Shown one piece after another: positions 1 to 9,030 of a stretch of 64,000 nucleotides of DNA. The notes under the pieces are model-generated. The model was not told the origin of the DNA and searched no databases. It saw only the letters and a program-made list of their open reading frames with translations. Made by a program: the position numbers and the translations under genes. Positions within the stretch are counted from its first letter, which is position 1, and each line of letters starts with the position of its first letter. Source of the DNA: Phycisphaerae bacterium (lineage in GTDB: Bacteria; Planctomycetota; Phycisphaerae; Phycisphaerales; SM1A02); assembly GCA_034439815.1 (NCBI GenBank), contig JAWXBD010000173.1, positions 1,874-65,873 on the forward strand, read 5' to 3'.

Positions 1-2222
1 GACTTTGCACAGCGGAATCCCAGCGACAGATCGCCGCTCGCGGACGGCGCCACGAGTACGTACGAAAGATCACGATGCTGCAATGAGTCCTGCCAGCAGC
101 GACCAAGCACAATCCATGCTGCGAACCGCTGATCGACTGATCCGGTGAGTTCGCGCACATTCCCGAACGCGTGACGAACTGGAAGAATCCCCTGCAGTGG
201 ATCGGGGGCATGCACATCGACGATCGAGCGCATCGCCAGTGCGAGCTGTTCGCGCGGACGCGTGTCCTGCGCGGCGAGCAGCGACTCACCGCTGGGATCA
301 AGTTTCGCCATCCCGGCTGGCATCTCCGCGTCAGTCCATGGGTAGCGACGACCAGTCGGACCGCGCGTGGCAGCCTGCCATTCAGCGTGCGTGGGCAGGC
401 GCTTCCCGCGCCAGCGTGCGTATGCCTCGGCGTCCTCCGGTGCGATTAACGTTGCGGGCCGTGCCGACATTGATGCATCAAAGGGATACGTGGCCCATCC
501 TCGCGGCGGTGCACGGCCGGTCGTTGTCAGAAACTCTTCGAACTCCCCCCGCGACACTTCCTGCCTGTCAATGAGGAACGGTGCGAGCGTGACCGTTCGG
601 CGCCGAGCCGGCGCGCTGCTCTCATCCTTGTCACCGATGATGTACTCACCGCCATCGATCATCGCCATGTCGGCGCTCACCTTCTGCGCCGACACAAGAA
701 TCGCCGCATCCGTCGTCACATCGGACTCGGTCGCGTGAAACGCGAGCGCCGCCTCGTATCCCGACCGCAAGAGCACCGCATTGCATTCTGCAAAGCGCTT
801 GCCGTCTGGCGCGAGGATCGTGACGCGATACTGGCCAATTTCGAGCGGCATGAACTCAATCGGTGTGGTGCCGATCAGTCGTGACGTATCCAGATCACAC
901 GTGGCCTCATCGCAGCGCTGCAGATACACACTGCAGTGTTCGACGTCCGCGCTGACACTCAGCCACGCATACGCAGCTGCCCGCGCCCGCAGCGCGGCCG
1001 CAGCAGTGACCGCTGTCACAATGAGCAGAAGGGACGCCGCAGCGAATGCGACCGCGCGCCGATGGTGCGCAGTCCAGCGTTTTATCCGTCGCCCGATCGA
1101 GGGCGGCCGGGCGAGGATCGGCCGCCGCGCCGCGACGCAACGCAGATCGGCGGCCATGTGCGCGGCCGTTTGATAGCGCAGCGCCGGATCCTTCTCGAGC
1201 GCCTTGTGGCAGATCGTTTCCAGATCCGGGAAAACGAGAGGTTCGACAGCGCGGAGCTTCTTGGGATCTTCGCTGACGACGGCGCGCAGCACCTGTTCGG
1301 AATCGCTCCCTTCAAATGGACGGCGAAGCGCCAGCAGTTCGTAGAGCACCACGCCCAGCGAGAACACATCACTGCGTCCGTCGACTTCGAGCAATGCGAC
1401 CGAGGCCTGCTCGGGACTCATGTAGTGCGCGCTGCCGATCACCGAGGTGATCAAACGCGTCGGGCCCGCTTCACCCAGATCCCTGGCGATGCCGAAATCT
1501 GTCAGGCGCGGACCGCGGATCGGATCGATCAGAATGTTGGAAGGCTTCACATCGCGATGGACGATGCCGGCGCGATGACAGTCGTCGAGACCGTCCGCGA
1601 TGGCGGCGACGATGTCGCCAGCGCGGCGATGCCAGGCTCGGACGTCGTCGACGCTCGACGCGCCGCGGCGTTCGCGCTCGGCGTCGAGTTCCACGGCCAA
1701 CGTGGTGCCGTGCACAAACTCGCTGACGATGTACTGCTTGCCCTCGTCTTCACCGAACGCGTACACCGGCACGATCACCGGATGGTGCAACGCGGCCGCA
1801 GCGCGAGCCTCGCGCCGAAATCGCGCCAGCGCCTGCTCCGACCCTGCCAGGTGGTCAGCGAGGACCTTGATCGCGACATCGCGACCCAGGACCGGATCGA
1901 CAGCGCGGTAGACGACTCCCATGCCGCCGGCGCCGATGCGCTCGATGATGCGCATTCCTGCGAGGCTCGTCAGGCCGTCACACGACGCGGGATCCCCGCC
2001 GCCCGTTGCCCGAAGTTCCGATGCCGCAGCCCGAAACGGCGTTTCACCCGCTCCCGCGTGCCGCCGCAGCAGTCGTTCCACGCGCTCGCGCGACTGCTGA
2101 TCAGGACAGCGGCGGGCCAGCAGCGTCTCCAGCGCCGCCCCTTCGAGGACAACGGCTTCCAGAAACACCGCTTTCTCATCGAATCCGTCGTTCACGTCGG
2201 CGATGGTCCCCTGCACGGTCAT
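1..2222 (-). CDS. Ser/Thr protein kinase with C-terminal FGE-sulfatase (SUMF1-like) domain; the 3' end runs off the left edge
   Basis: Absent from the ORF track because it has no in-window stop. Hand translation from the ATG at 2220-2222 gives MTVQGTIADV... Kinase motifs are GAGGMGVVY, VAIKVL, HRDVKPSNIL, DFGIA and YMSPEQ. A hydrophobic TM-like stretch AVAFAAASLLLIVTAV follows, then YARWRGKRLPTHAEWQAATRG, an FGE-sulfatase signature. The frame at 2222 is consistent with the frame at nt 1 and at two intermediate points checked by hand; I did not scan every codon for stops. Confidence 0.85.
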   Translation of the reverse strand, partial: MTVQGTIADVNDGFDEKAVFLEAVVLEGAALETLLARRCPDQQSRERVERLLRRHAGAGETPFRAAASELRATGGGDPASCDGLTSLAGMRIIERIGAGGMGVVYRAVDPVLGRDVAIKVLADHLAGSEQALARFRREARAAAALHHPVIVPVYAFGEDEGKQYIVSEFVHGTTLAVELDAERERRGASSVDDVRAWHRRAGDIVAAIADGLDDCHRAGIVHRDVKPSNILIDPIRGPRLTDFGIARDLGEAGPTRLITSVIGSAHYMSPEQASVALLEVDGRSDVFSLGVVLYELLALRRPFEGSDSEQVLRAVVSEDPKKLRAVEPLVFPDLETICHKALEKDPALRYQTAAHMAADLRCVAARRPILARPPSIGRRIKRWTAHHRRAVAFAAASLLLIVTAVTAAAALRARAAAYAWLSVSADVEHCSVYLQRCDEATCDLDTSRLIGTTPIEFMPLEIGQYRVTILAPDGKRFAECNAVLLRSGYEAALAFHATESDVTTDAAILVSAQKVSADMAMIDGGEYIIGDKDESSAPARRRTVTLAPFLIDRQEVSRGEFEEFLTTTGRAPPRGWATYPFDASMSARPATLIAPEDAEAYARWRGKRLPTHAEWQAATRGPTGRRYPWTDAEMPAGMAKLDPSGESLLAAQDTRPREQLALAMRSIVDVHAPDPLQGILPVRHAFGNVRELTGSVDQRFAAWIVLGRCWQDSLQHRDLSYVLVAPSASGDLSLGFRCAK

Positions 2223-2272
2223 GCGCCCTACAACCGCGAAGCAGGCGCTCTGCCGCTCGCAGTTTGCAATGT

Positions 2273-2917
2273 TTATGGAGATTCTGCCGCGGGTCCGGCC
2301 GACTGCTCCGCAAGCTGCTCGAGCAGCCACGCACGGGCATATGTCCAATGACGGCGCGCGGCGGGGACACTGCAGCCCATCAGGAGGGCCGACTCGTCAA
2401 TCGTCCGGTTGGCGAAGAACCGCAGCATGACGACCTGCGCGGCAGCGGCGTCGACCCGGCCGAGCGCATCGATCGCCTCATGCAGTGCGAGGAGGTCGAG
2501 TCGGCTGCTGACGCCGTCGACTTCGAACTCGACCATGGGGACGCGGGTCATTCCTCCGCCACGGCGCAGCGCTTTCTCGAATCGAATGTGCTCGACGAGC
2601 ACATCACGCATCGCTCGTCCAAGCACAAAGAAGAAGTGCTGGCGGTCTTCGGCGTGCAGTCCGCCGCGCGCCAGCATGCGCTCACAGGCGGCGTTGGCGA
2701 GCGAGGTTCCTTCCATGTCACCGTTCCAGCGCGAGAGATTGAGCTGGGCCTGCACGAGCCGCTTCAGGTCGTCATACACGACCTGCAGCAGTGCAGCGTC
2801 CGCCCCATCACGTCCGTCGCGCACATCGCGCAAAAGTACGGTAATCGTCCCCGAAAGACCGCTGTCGCTAGCCGGTGGGAATGTCATCAAAGGCGAAGCG
2901 TACAAAGTCGCCACCAA
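2273..2917 (-). CDS. ECF-type RNA polymerase sigma factor (Sigma70_ECF / PF07638-like), paired with the downstream kinase
   Basis: 214-aa ORF. The N-terminus ITVLLRDVRDGRDGADAALLQVVYDDLKRLV is typical of this ECF family. The C-terminal region-4 HTH reads VVMLRFFANRTIDESALLMGCSVPAARRHWTYARAWL. The stop lies 50 nt upstream of the kinase start. Confidence 0.85.
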   Translation of the reverse strand: MVATLYASPLMTFPPASDSGLSGTITVLLRDVRDGRDGADAALLQVVYDDLKRLVQAQLNLSRWNGDMEGTSLANAACERMLARGGLHAEDRQHFFFVLGRAMRDVLVEHIRFEKALRRGGGMTRVPMVEFEVDGVSSRLDLLALHEAIDALGRVDAAAAQVVMLRFFANRTIDESALLMGCSVPAARRHWTYARAWLLEQLAEQSAGPAAESP

Positions 2918-2957
2918 AGATGCGAGATCTCCCCCAAATTCTTATGTTTGCGCAGTG

Positions 2958-3830
2958 TCAACGCAGCGCAGCGTCGACACAGTTGCGGAGCAGCATCGCG
3001 ACGGTCATCGGGCCGACGCCGCCCGGGACAGGCGAGACGGCACCGGCGACTGCGCGAACCTCGTCAAATGCCACGTCGCCCACCGTCATCATCTTGCCGT
3101 CGGGCCCCTTCACACGGTTGATGCCGATATCGATCACCACCGCGCCCGGTTTGACCATGTCGCCCCGGATCAGATTCGGCACGCCGGCGGCGGCAATCAG
3201 CACATCCGCCACCCGCGTGAACTCCGCAAGATCCGGCGTGAAACGGTTGCAGCTGATGACGGTGGCCTCGGCGCGCATCAGCAGGACCGCAATCGGCTTG
3301 CCGACGATGTTGCTGGCCCCCACGACCACGCAGGGGGCGCCGGGAAGGAGCGTGCGTGTCGATTCGATCATCTCCAGCGCCGCGAGCGCCGTGCACGGCA
3401 CGAGGCTGCGCCGTCCGTAGACGACGTTGCCGATATTCGCCGGGTTGACTCCTTCTATATCTTTTTCCGGCGCAATGAACGACTGAATGCGTTCGGTATC
3501 GATATTGGGTGGGAGCGGCAGATGAAGCATCAGCGCCTTCACTTGCTCGTCGGTGTTCAGCAGCAGAATGCGTCCGGCAATTTCGTCGTATCCCGAGCCC
3601 GCCGGCAGACGGTGCAACACATATTCGATGCCCAGATCCGCGCACGTTTTTGCTTGATTCTCCGCATAGATCGCGGCGGACTTGTCATCGCCGACCAGAA
3701 TCGCGTCCAGCCGCACTGGACGTCCGGCCCCGCGCACGCGTTCGGCAAGCGAACGGCGGATCTGCTCCGACAGCTTCTTGCCATCAATGATGACGGCGGG
3801 ATCGCCCGCCGCGGCCACGGTGAATTGCAT
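2958..3830 (-). CDS. folD: bifunctional methylenetetrahydrofolate dehydrogenase/cyclohydrolase
   Basis: 290 aa. Motifs IIDGKKLSEQIR, LAILVGDD-type region, LHLPLP, GRRSLVPCTALA, VVVGASNIVGKP, PVPGGVGPMTVAMLL; full-length FolD pattern. Confidence 0.95.
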   Translation of the reverse strand: MQFTVAAAGDPAVIIDGKKLSEQIRRSLAERVRGAGRPVRLDAILVGDDKSAAIYAENQAKTCADLGIEYVLHRLPAGSGYDEIAGRILLLNTDEQVKALMLHLPLPPNIDTERIQSFIAPEKDIEGVNPANIGNVVYGRRSLVPCTALAALEMIESTRTLLPGAPCVVVGASNIVGKPIAVLLMRAEATVISCNRFTPDLAEFTRVADVLIAAAGVPNLIRGDMVKPGAVVIDIGINRVKGPDGKMMTVGDVAFDEVRAVAGAVSPVPGGVGPMTVAMLLRNCVDAALR

Positions 3831-4033
3831 GACGAAAGTTTACGGGCGACGCGGCGGTCCGGGACCCGTCCTCGACGCGCGCGTCCAGCCCTCCCGATCC
3901 GGCGCCGCCGTACAACCTGGGAGAGACCCGCGGGTACACTCATGCCGACAGAGTTCCACGGATCCGATCCGCCACCCGCCAAAGTCCCGTTTTAGCTATT
4001 CGCCCCCTGTTTGCGGGGCAGGAGACAGCGCCC

Positions 4034-5155
4034 ATGATCGACCTTCGTAACGCCATCAGCCGAACCGCCGTCGTTGTTGTCGCCTGTACCCTCGCGTGCC
4101 CCACCGCGTCAGGGCAGGAAACGCCTCCCGCGAAGCTCCAGCCGGCACCAAAGGCGGAACCTGCGAAGCCCGAGGTGCCGTTGCTCTCGATCGGCGACAA
4201 GGCCCCCCCCTTCGACATCGAGCACTGGATCAAGGGCGACCAGATCTCGGAGTACCCGCCGGGCAAGATCACCGTGATGGAATTCTGGGCGACGTGGTGC
4301 GGACCGTGCAAGGTCGGCATGCCGCATCTCAGCGAGATGCAGGAGCGCTTCCGCGATTACGGCGTGCAGTTCATTGGTGTGTCCGATGAGAAGCTTGACA
4401 CCGTCAGTGCGTTCGTCGCAAAGCCGGAATGGGACGCGAAGATGCGTTACACCGTGGCGACCGACCCCGACAGGAGCACCTATACGTCGTTCATGACCGC
4501 GGCCCGCCAGAGCGGGATCCCGACGGCGTTCGTCGTCGGCAAGCAGGGCATTATCGAATGGGTCGGCCATCCCACGAACCTCGACAAGGTGCTGGACGAG
4601 ATTGTCCACGACAAGTGGGACGCGGCTGCGTTCAAGAGCAAGTTTGACGCGGAAGCCAGGGCTGAAAGTGAATGGCGCATCCAAGGCGCGAAGATCAAGG
4701 AAGCGCAGCAGGCGGGCGACTGGAACACAGTCATCGCCATCTACGACGGCATCATCGAGAAGAATCCTGACAACGTCGGCGTTCACCTGCAGAAGATGCA
4801 GGTGTGCCTCATGAAGGCCAACCGGCCGGACGACGGCTACGCCATCGCAAAGGAGCTGGCGGACAAGTCGCAGAACAATCCGATGGTCCTGAATCAGATC
4901 GCGTGGACGCTCGTCGATCCGAAGGCGCCGATCACGCAGCGGAATTATCCCCTCGCCAAGACGATCGCCGAACAGGCAGTCAAGGCGAGCGACAGCAAGG
5001 ATGGCCCGATTCTCGACACGCTCGCGCGCTGCTACTGGGAGATGGGCGACAAGGCGAAGGCCATCGAGATGCAGAAGAAGGCCGTCAGTCTCACCGAAGG
5101 CCCGATGAAGGCGCAGATCGCCGAGACGCTCGAGGAGTATGAAGCGGCGAAGTGA
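4034..5155 (+). CDS. secreted thioredoxin-like (TlpA/ResA-type) thiol:disulfide oxidoreductase with a C-terminal TPR-like region
   Basis: The N-terminus has a signal-peptide-like stretch (TAVVVVACTLACPTASGQE). The active site is WATWCGPC. The helical repeat tail reads ...LARCYWEMGDKAKAIEMQKKAV. An AGGAG-like RBS lies upstream. Confidence 0.85.
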   Translation: MIDLRNAISRTAVVVVACTLACPTASGQETPPAKLQPAPKAEPAKPEVPLLSIGDKAPPFDIEHWIKGDQISEYPPGKITVMEFWATWCGPCKVGMPHLSEMQERFRDYGVQFIGVSDEKLDTVSAFVAKPEWDAKMRYTVATDPDRSTYTSFMTAARQSGIPTAFVVGKQGIIEWVGHPTNLDKVLDEIVHDKWDAAAFKSKFDAEARAESEWRIQGAKIKEAQQAGDWNTVIAIYDGIIEKNPDNVGVHLQKMQVCLMKANRPDDGYAIAKELADKSQNNPMVLNQIAWTLVDPKAPITQRNYPLAKTIAEQAVKASDSKDGPILDTLARCYWEMGDKAKAIEMQKKAVSLTEGPMKAQIAETLEEYEAAK

Positions 5156-5212
5156 TCGAGTGATCGCCGGACTCGCGACGGGAAATTTGTTCGGAACGAT
5201 CTCTATATGAAA

Positions 5213-5248
5213 ACAGCGGCCGGCGCGTGCGCCGGCCGCTGTCTGTTT
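5213..5248. terminator. bidirectional intrinsic terminator between convergent genes
   Basis: Near-perfect 14-bp GC-rich inverted repeat acagcggccggcgc/gcgccggccgctgt (5213-5242). A TTTT run follows on the + strand and a TTTC run on the - strand. Confidence 0.55.
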
Positions 5249-5256
5249 TCGGGCCG

Positions 5257-6354
5257 TCAGCGGCCGGAGTCGCCGACATCGGCGACCTCGACTTCCCGCT
5301 GCTCGGCGCTCGACCGATAGATCGCTTCGATCAGCGCCTGAATCGCCCGGCCATCGTGGCCGGTCGCGTGCGGCGCGACGCCATGTTTCACCGCGTTGCT
5401 GAACTGCACATACTGAGCGTCCCATCCCTTTCGCAGCGCGTCGACATTCGGGAGGAGCGGATGCACGTCGACCAGACGTCCGTTCTCTTCCGTCGCAAGT
5501 GTCAGCGCCGAGCCGAAGATCTGAAACGACGCGCCGCCTTCTCGGCCGAACAGGAAGATTCCGTCGCGAAGCCCACCTTCGGGCTGATTCACGGCCCACG
5601 TGACATTCAGCTCGATCGTCATTCCGTTCGCGCACCGAATGAGCGCGGTCGACTGATCCTCGACATCGAAGATTCCATGAGGACGCGGGGGGCCTGCCCA
5701 CATGTCAACGAATCGATAGCTGTCGATCGGAGCACCGAATGTCGAATAGCACGCGCCGCTCACGCGCAGCATGCGCGGTTTGCCGGTCAGATACCGCACC
5801 AGATCGAGCGCATGAACGCCGAGGTCGATGAGTGCCCCGCCACCGGACGATGCTCTGGTTGTGAACCACCCGCCCAGCCCCGGAATGCCGCGCCGCCGAT
5901 ACAGGCTGCACTTCGCGTGATACACGGCACCGAGCCGTCCGGCGTCGACGAGCTGCTTGGCCAGTTGCGCGGTCGGCGTGCCACGGCAGATGAAGCCCAG
6001 CTGCAGTGTGCGCCGCGCGGCGGATGCTGCCGCGAGAATGGCGTCGCATTCGGGCACACTCATCGCCATCGGCTTCTCGAGCAGCACGTGCTTCCCGCGT
6101 TCGAACGCGCGAATGGCGCATTCCGCATGCGCAGCGTTCGGGACAGCGATCGCGACCGCGTCGACCTCCGGCATGGCGAGCAGGTCGTCGAGACTGCGCG
6201 CCGGAACGCCGCCGTGGATCGAGGTCAGACCCTGGGCGCGATCAAAATGGATATCCCACGCCGCCGTGACACGGACGCCGTTGCGCGTGGCTGTTTCTGC
6301 GTGCACATTGCCAATGCTGCCGGCGCCGACGATGCCGAGACCGATAGACGTCAT
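5257..6354 (-). CDS. Gfo/Idh/MocA family NAD(P)-dependent oxidoreductase
   Basis: 365 aa. N-terminal Rossmann motif IGLGIVGAGSIGNVHA; EKPMA motif (LLEKPMAMS) typical of the family. Confidence 0.9.
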   Translation of the reverse strand: MTSIGLGIVGAGSIGNVHAETATRNGVRVTAAWDIHFDRAQGLTSIHGGVPARSLDDLLAMPEVDAVAIAVPNAAHAECAIRAFERGKHVLLEKPMAMSVPECDAILAAASAARRTLQLGFICRGTPTAQLAKQLVDAGRLGAVYHAKCSLYRRRGIPGLGGWFTTRASSGGGALIDLGVHALDLVRYLTGKPRMLRVSGACYSTFGAPIDSYRFVDMWAGPPRPHGIFDVEDQSTALIRCANGMTIELNVTWAVNQPEGGLRDGIFLFGREGGASFQIFGSALTLATEENGRLVDVHPLLPNVDALRKGWDAQYVQFSNAVKHGVAPHATGHDGRAIQALIEAIYRSSAEQREVEVADVGDSGR

Positions 6355-6443
6355 GGGGTGTCCTTGGGAAAGCGCTCACCATACGCCACACCGCGAATCC
6401 CTACAATCTTGACGCGGCCATCGGTCAGCGGCCGCGCTTCGTC

Positions 6444-7703
6444 ATGGCATCCACCACTTCACTGCGACACGTCATCGTCGTCGGCGCCGGCGTCATCGGT
6501 TTGTCGACCGCCTGGTTCCTGCTGAAGCGCGGACTTCGCGTCACTGTGCTCGAACGTGAACCGCTTGGCGACAGCGCGAGCTGCGGCAACGCCGGACTGC
6601 TTTCGATCGGCCACTATCCGCTCACGCGCCCGGGCGTGTCATGGCGCGGACTCCGCTGGATGTTTGATCCGACCAGCCCGCTGTACATCAAGCCCCGTGC
6701 AGACGCCGCGCTCCTTTCGTGGATGTGGCACTTCCACTGGCACTGCAATCGACGGCATCTCGACCGCTGCATGCCGGTGCTCTGCGACATGGGCTTCAAG
6801 TCCCTTGCGATCTGGGAACAGATGATCCGCGAGGAATCGATTGAGTGCGATTACGCGCGCGACGGCTGGCTCGACGTCGTGATGCAGCCGGAGAACATGG
6901 ACGCAGCGGAAGCCGAAGCAAAGGCACTCGTTCCGTATGGCTATTCGTATCAGCGTCTGACCGGCGACGAACTCCGCGCCCGCGACCCGATCTTTCGCGA
7001 CGAGATCGCCGGCGCGATTCACTATCTCGACTCGGCACACGCGCACCCTGGAGACTTTCTCATGGGTCTCGCGCGTGCATGCGCCACACGCGGGGCGAAC
7101 GTGCGCACCGATGCGATCGTCACTGGATTCCTGCGCAGCGCGCACGGGCGCGTCGCCGGCGTCAAGCTGCGCGACGGGTCGATGGTCGAGAGTGACGCAG
7201 TCGTACTCGCCGCCGGCATCTGGAACAGCGATCTCGCGCGGTCGCTCGGGCTGCATGTGCCGATGGTCGGAGCACGCGGCTATCACATGCAGTTCCGTCA
7301 TGTGCCGACGATGCCGTCGACGGGCATGGTGCTGCACGAAACGTTCATCGCCGTCACGCCGATGCGCAACGAACTGCGCATCGCGGGAACGCTGGAGATC
7401 GATCGACTTGGCCAGCCGTGGCGTCGCGAACGGCTCGGCATGCTGACGAAGGGCGCGGAGCGCTATCTGCACGGCCTCGACCAGGCGAAGCCGGTCGCTG
7501 AATGGGCCGGCTATCGACCGTGCGCCCGCGACGGCATGCCGGTGCTCGGCTTTGCGCCGAAGGTCGGGGGCGTGTTGATCGCCGGTGCCCACGCGATGAT
7601 GGGCATGACGCTCGGTCCGGTGACCGGTGAAGCGGCGGCAGCGATGCTGTGCGGCGAGAAGCCGTCGTTTGACGTGTCCATGCTGCGGGCCGATCGATTT
7701 TGA
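6444..7703 (+). CDS. FAD-dependent oxidoreductase (DAO family, D-amino-acid dehydrogenase-like)
   Basis: 419 aa. The N-terminal dinucleotide fold is HVIVVGAGVIGLSTAWFLLKRGLRVTVLE, and the protein has DAO-family length and layout. Confidence 0.85.
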   Translation: MASTTSLRHVIVVGAGVIGLSTAWFLLKRGLRVTVLEREPLGDSASCGNAGLLSIGHYPLTRPGVSWRGLRWMFDPTSPLYIKPRADAALLSWMWHFHWHCNRRHLDRCMPVLCDMGFKSLAIWEQMIREESIECDYARDGWLDVVMQPENMDAAEAEAKALVPYGYSYQRLTGDELRARDPIFRDEIAGAIHYLDSAHAHPGDFLMGLARACATRGANVRTDAIVTGFLRSAHGRVAGVKLRDGSMVESDAVVLAAGIWNSDLARSLGLHVPMVGARGYHMQFRHVPTMPSTGMVLHETFIAVTPMRNELRIAGTLEIDRLGQPWRRERLGMLTKGAERYLHGLDQAKPVAEWAGYRPCARDGMPVLGFAPKVGGVLIAGAHAMMGMTLGPVTGEAAAAMLCGEKPSFDVSMLRADRF

Positions 7704-7756
7704 CATGGTGACCGCGTTACGCTGCGACAACTGCGCTGCAGGAGGAGGGTACTCGC

Positions 7757-8113
7757 ATGGGACTGCTCGACTTCATTTGGAATATCCGGCAGGACGCGCG
7801 GCTGAGGGATGTCGAGGCCGACCGCCGCCTGAATCCGCGGCCCGGTGTTTCGGAATCACCGCACTCAACCGAGCGCATGACGCTCGTGATGCAGGCCATG
7901 TGGGAACTCCTTTCGGAACGCGTCGGCGTGACGGAGGTGGATCTGCTCCGCAAGCTGGAAGAGATCGATCTGCGCGATGGCACCGCCGATGGCCGGCATG
8001 GAGCGCGGACGATCGCATGTCCCGCGTGCAACCGCCCGAACCGTTCGGAGCGCACACACTGTGTGTACTGCGACGCGACGCTTCCCATGCGCAGCGCGTT
8101 CGACAAGCTCTGA
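7757..8113 (+). CDS. small hypothetical protein with a C-terminal zinc-ribbon (CPACN...CVYCD)
   Basis: 118-aa ORF with a strong AGGAGG RBS 7-12 nt upstream and coding-like GC3. The CxxC-x11-CxxC motif is near the C-terminus. Confidence 0.6.
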   Translation: MGLLDFIWNIRQDARLRDVEADRRLNPRPGVSESPHSTERMTLVMQAMWELLSERVGVTEVDLLRKLEEIDLRDGTADGRHGARTIACPACNRPNRSERTHCVYCDATLPMRSAFDKL

Positions 8114-8118
8114 CGCGC

Positions 8119-9030
8119 TCACTCCCAGAGCATTGCTGCGCCGAACACGCCGCTTGAATCACCGTGCTCGGCGCGCACGATCGGCGTCGTCCACACATCG
8201 GTGAACGAGTAGCGCGTCACGAGCGGCGGCAGCGCTTCGTACAGCGCGTCGATGTTGCTCACGCCGCCACCGAGCACGATGCAGTCCGGATCTAGCAGGT
8301 TCACCACGTCCGCGAGCGATAACGCCAGACGCTCGATGAGCCGGCTGATCGTTGCGTGACACGCAAGGTCCGTTCCGTTGGCGGAGCGCCGCGCGATCTC
8401 GGCGAGGGCAAGTGTTTCGCCCGTGATGCAGTCATGCTCGCGTTCGATCGCGGGACCGGACATGAACTGCTCCCGGCATCCCGCGAGTCCGCAATAGCAC
8501 GGCCGGGCATCGCGCTCGCTGCGATCCGTTCCCGGCTGCGGCGAATGGCCCCACTCGCCTGCAACACCGTTGCGGCCATGGCGTGCCTTCTGATCGATCA
8601 CAACGCCGCCGCCGACTCCTGTGCCGAGAATCACGCCAAACACGACTGCTGCGCCGCGCCCCGCGCCGATGACCGCTTCGGACAGGGCGAAGCAGTTCGC
8701 ATCATTCGTCATGCGGATCGTGCGGCCCAGCCGCAAGGCAAGATCGCGCTCGAGCGGCTTGCCGTTGAGGCACGTCGAGTTCGAGTTGCGATGCAGGGAG
8801 GAAGCCGGCGACGTGGATCCCGGTGTGCCGATGCCGACCACGCCGCGCGCGCCGCAGTCGCGTTCGATTTGCTCGACTATTGCGCCGATCGCCTCGACCG
8901 TGCCGCAATAGTCGCCTTGCGGCGTCGGCACCCGCGCACGCCAGCGCACGGCGCCTTCCCGGCTGAGCCCCAGCCCTTCGATCTTGCTGCCGCCGAGATC
9001 GATGCCGATACGCAGCTCTGCCTTCGTCAT
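8119..9030 (-). CDS. ROK family sugar kinase (N-acetylglucosamine kinase-like)
   Basis: I chose the internal ATG at 9030 (MTKAELRIGIDLGGSKIEG...). ROK motifs are present: DLGG, NDANCFALSE, GTGVGGG and the Zn site CYCGLAGCRE. The Arg-rich 151-aa N-terminal extension of the tracked ORF is not protein-like. The start overlaps the upstream gene's stop by 4 nt (ATGA). Confidence 0.85.
   Translation of the reverse strand: MTKAELRIGIDLGGSKIEGLGLSREGAVRWRARVPTPQGDYCGTVEAIGAIVEQIERDCGARGVVGIGTPGSTSPASSLHRNSNSTCLNGKPLERDLALRLGRTIRMTNDANCFALSEAVIGAGRGAAVVFGVILGTGVGGGVVIDQKARHGRNGVAGEWGHSPQPGTDRSERDARPCYCGLAGCREQFMSGPAIEREHDCITGETLALAEIARRSANGTDLACHATISRLIERLALSLADVVNLLDPDCIVLGGGVSNIDALYEALPPLVTRYSFTDVWTTPIVRAEHGDSSGVFGAAMLWE

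Noticed and set aside
936-2351. 471-aa + strand ORF, and similar very long ORFs elsewhere: 2409-3995 +, 4109-5701 -, 15345-18362 +, 18200-19891 -, 36838-38610 +, 42178-43881 +, 46835-48283 -, 55164-56456 -, 63154-63879 +.
   Set aside because: Each lies antisense to or out of frame with a gene carrying clear family motifs (kinase, folD, thioredoxin-like, caspase fusion, glyQS, astA/aminotransferase, M48, amidohydrolase, STK, aroB). Their translations are Arg/Ala/Pro/Gly-rich low-complexity strings. These are the shadow ORFs expected in high-GC DNA, where stop codons are rare.
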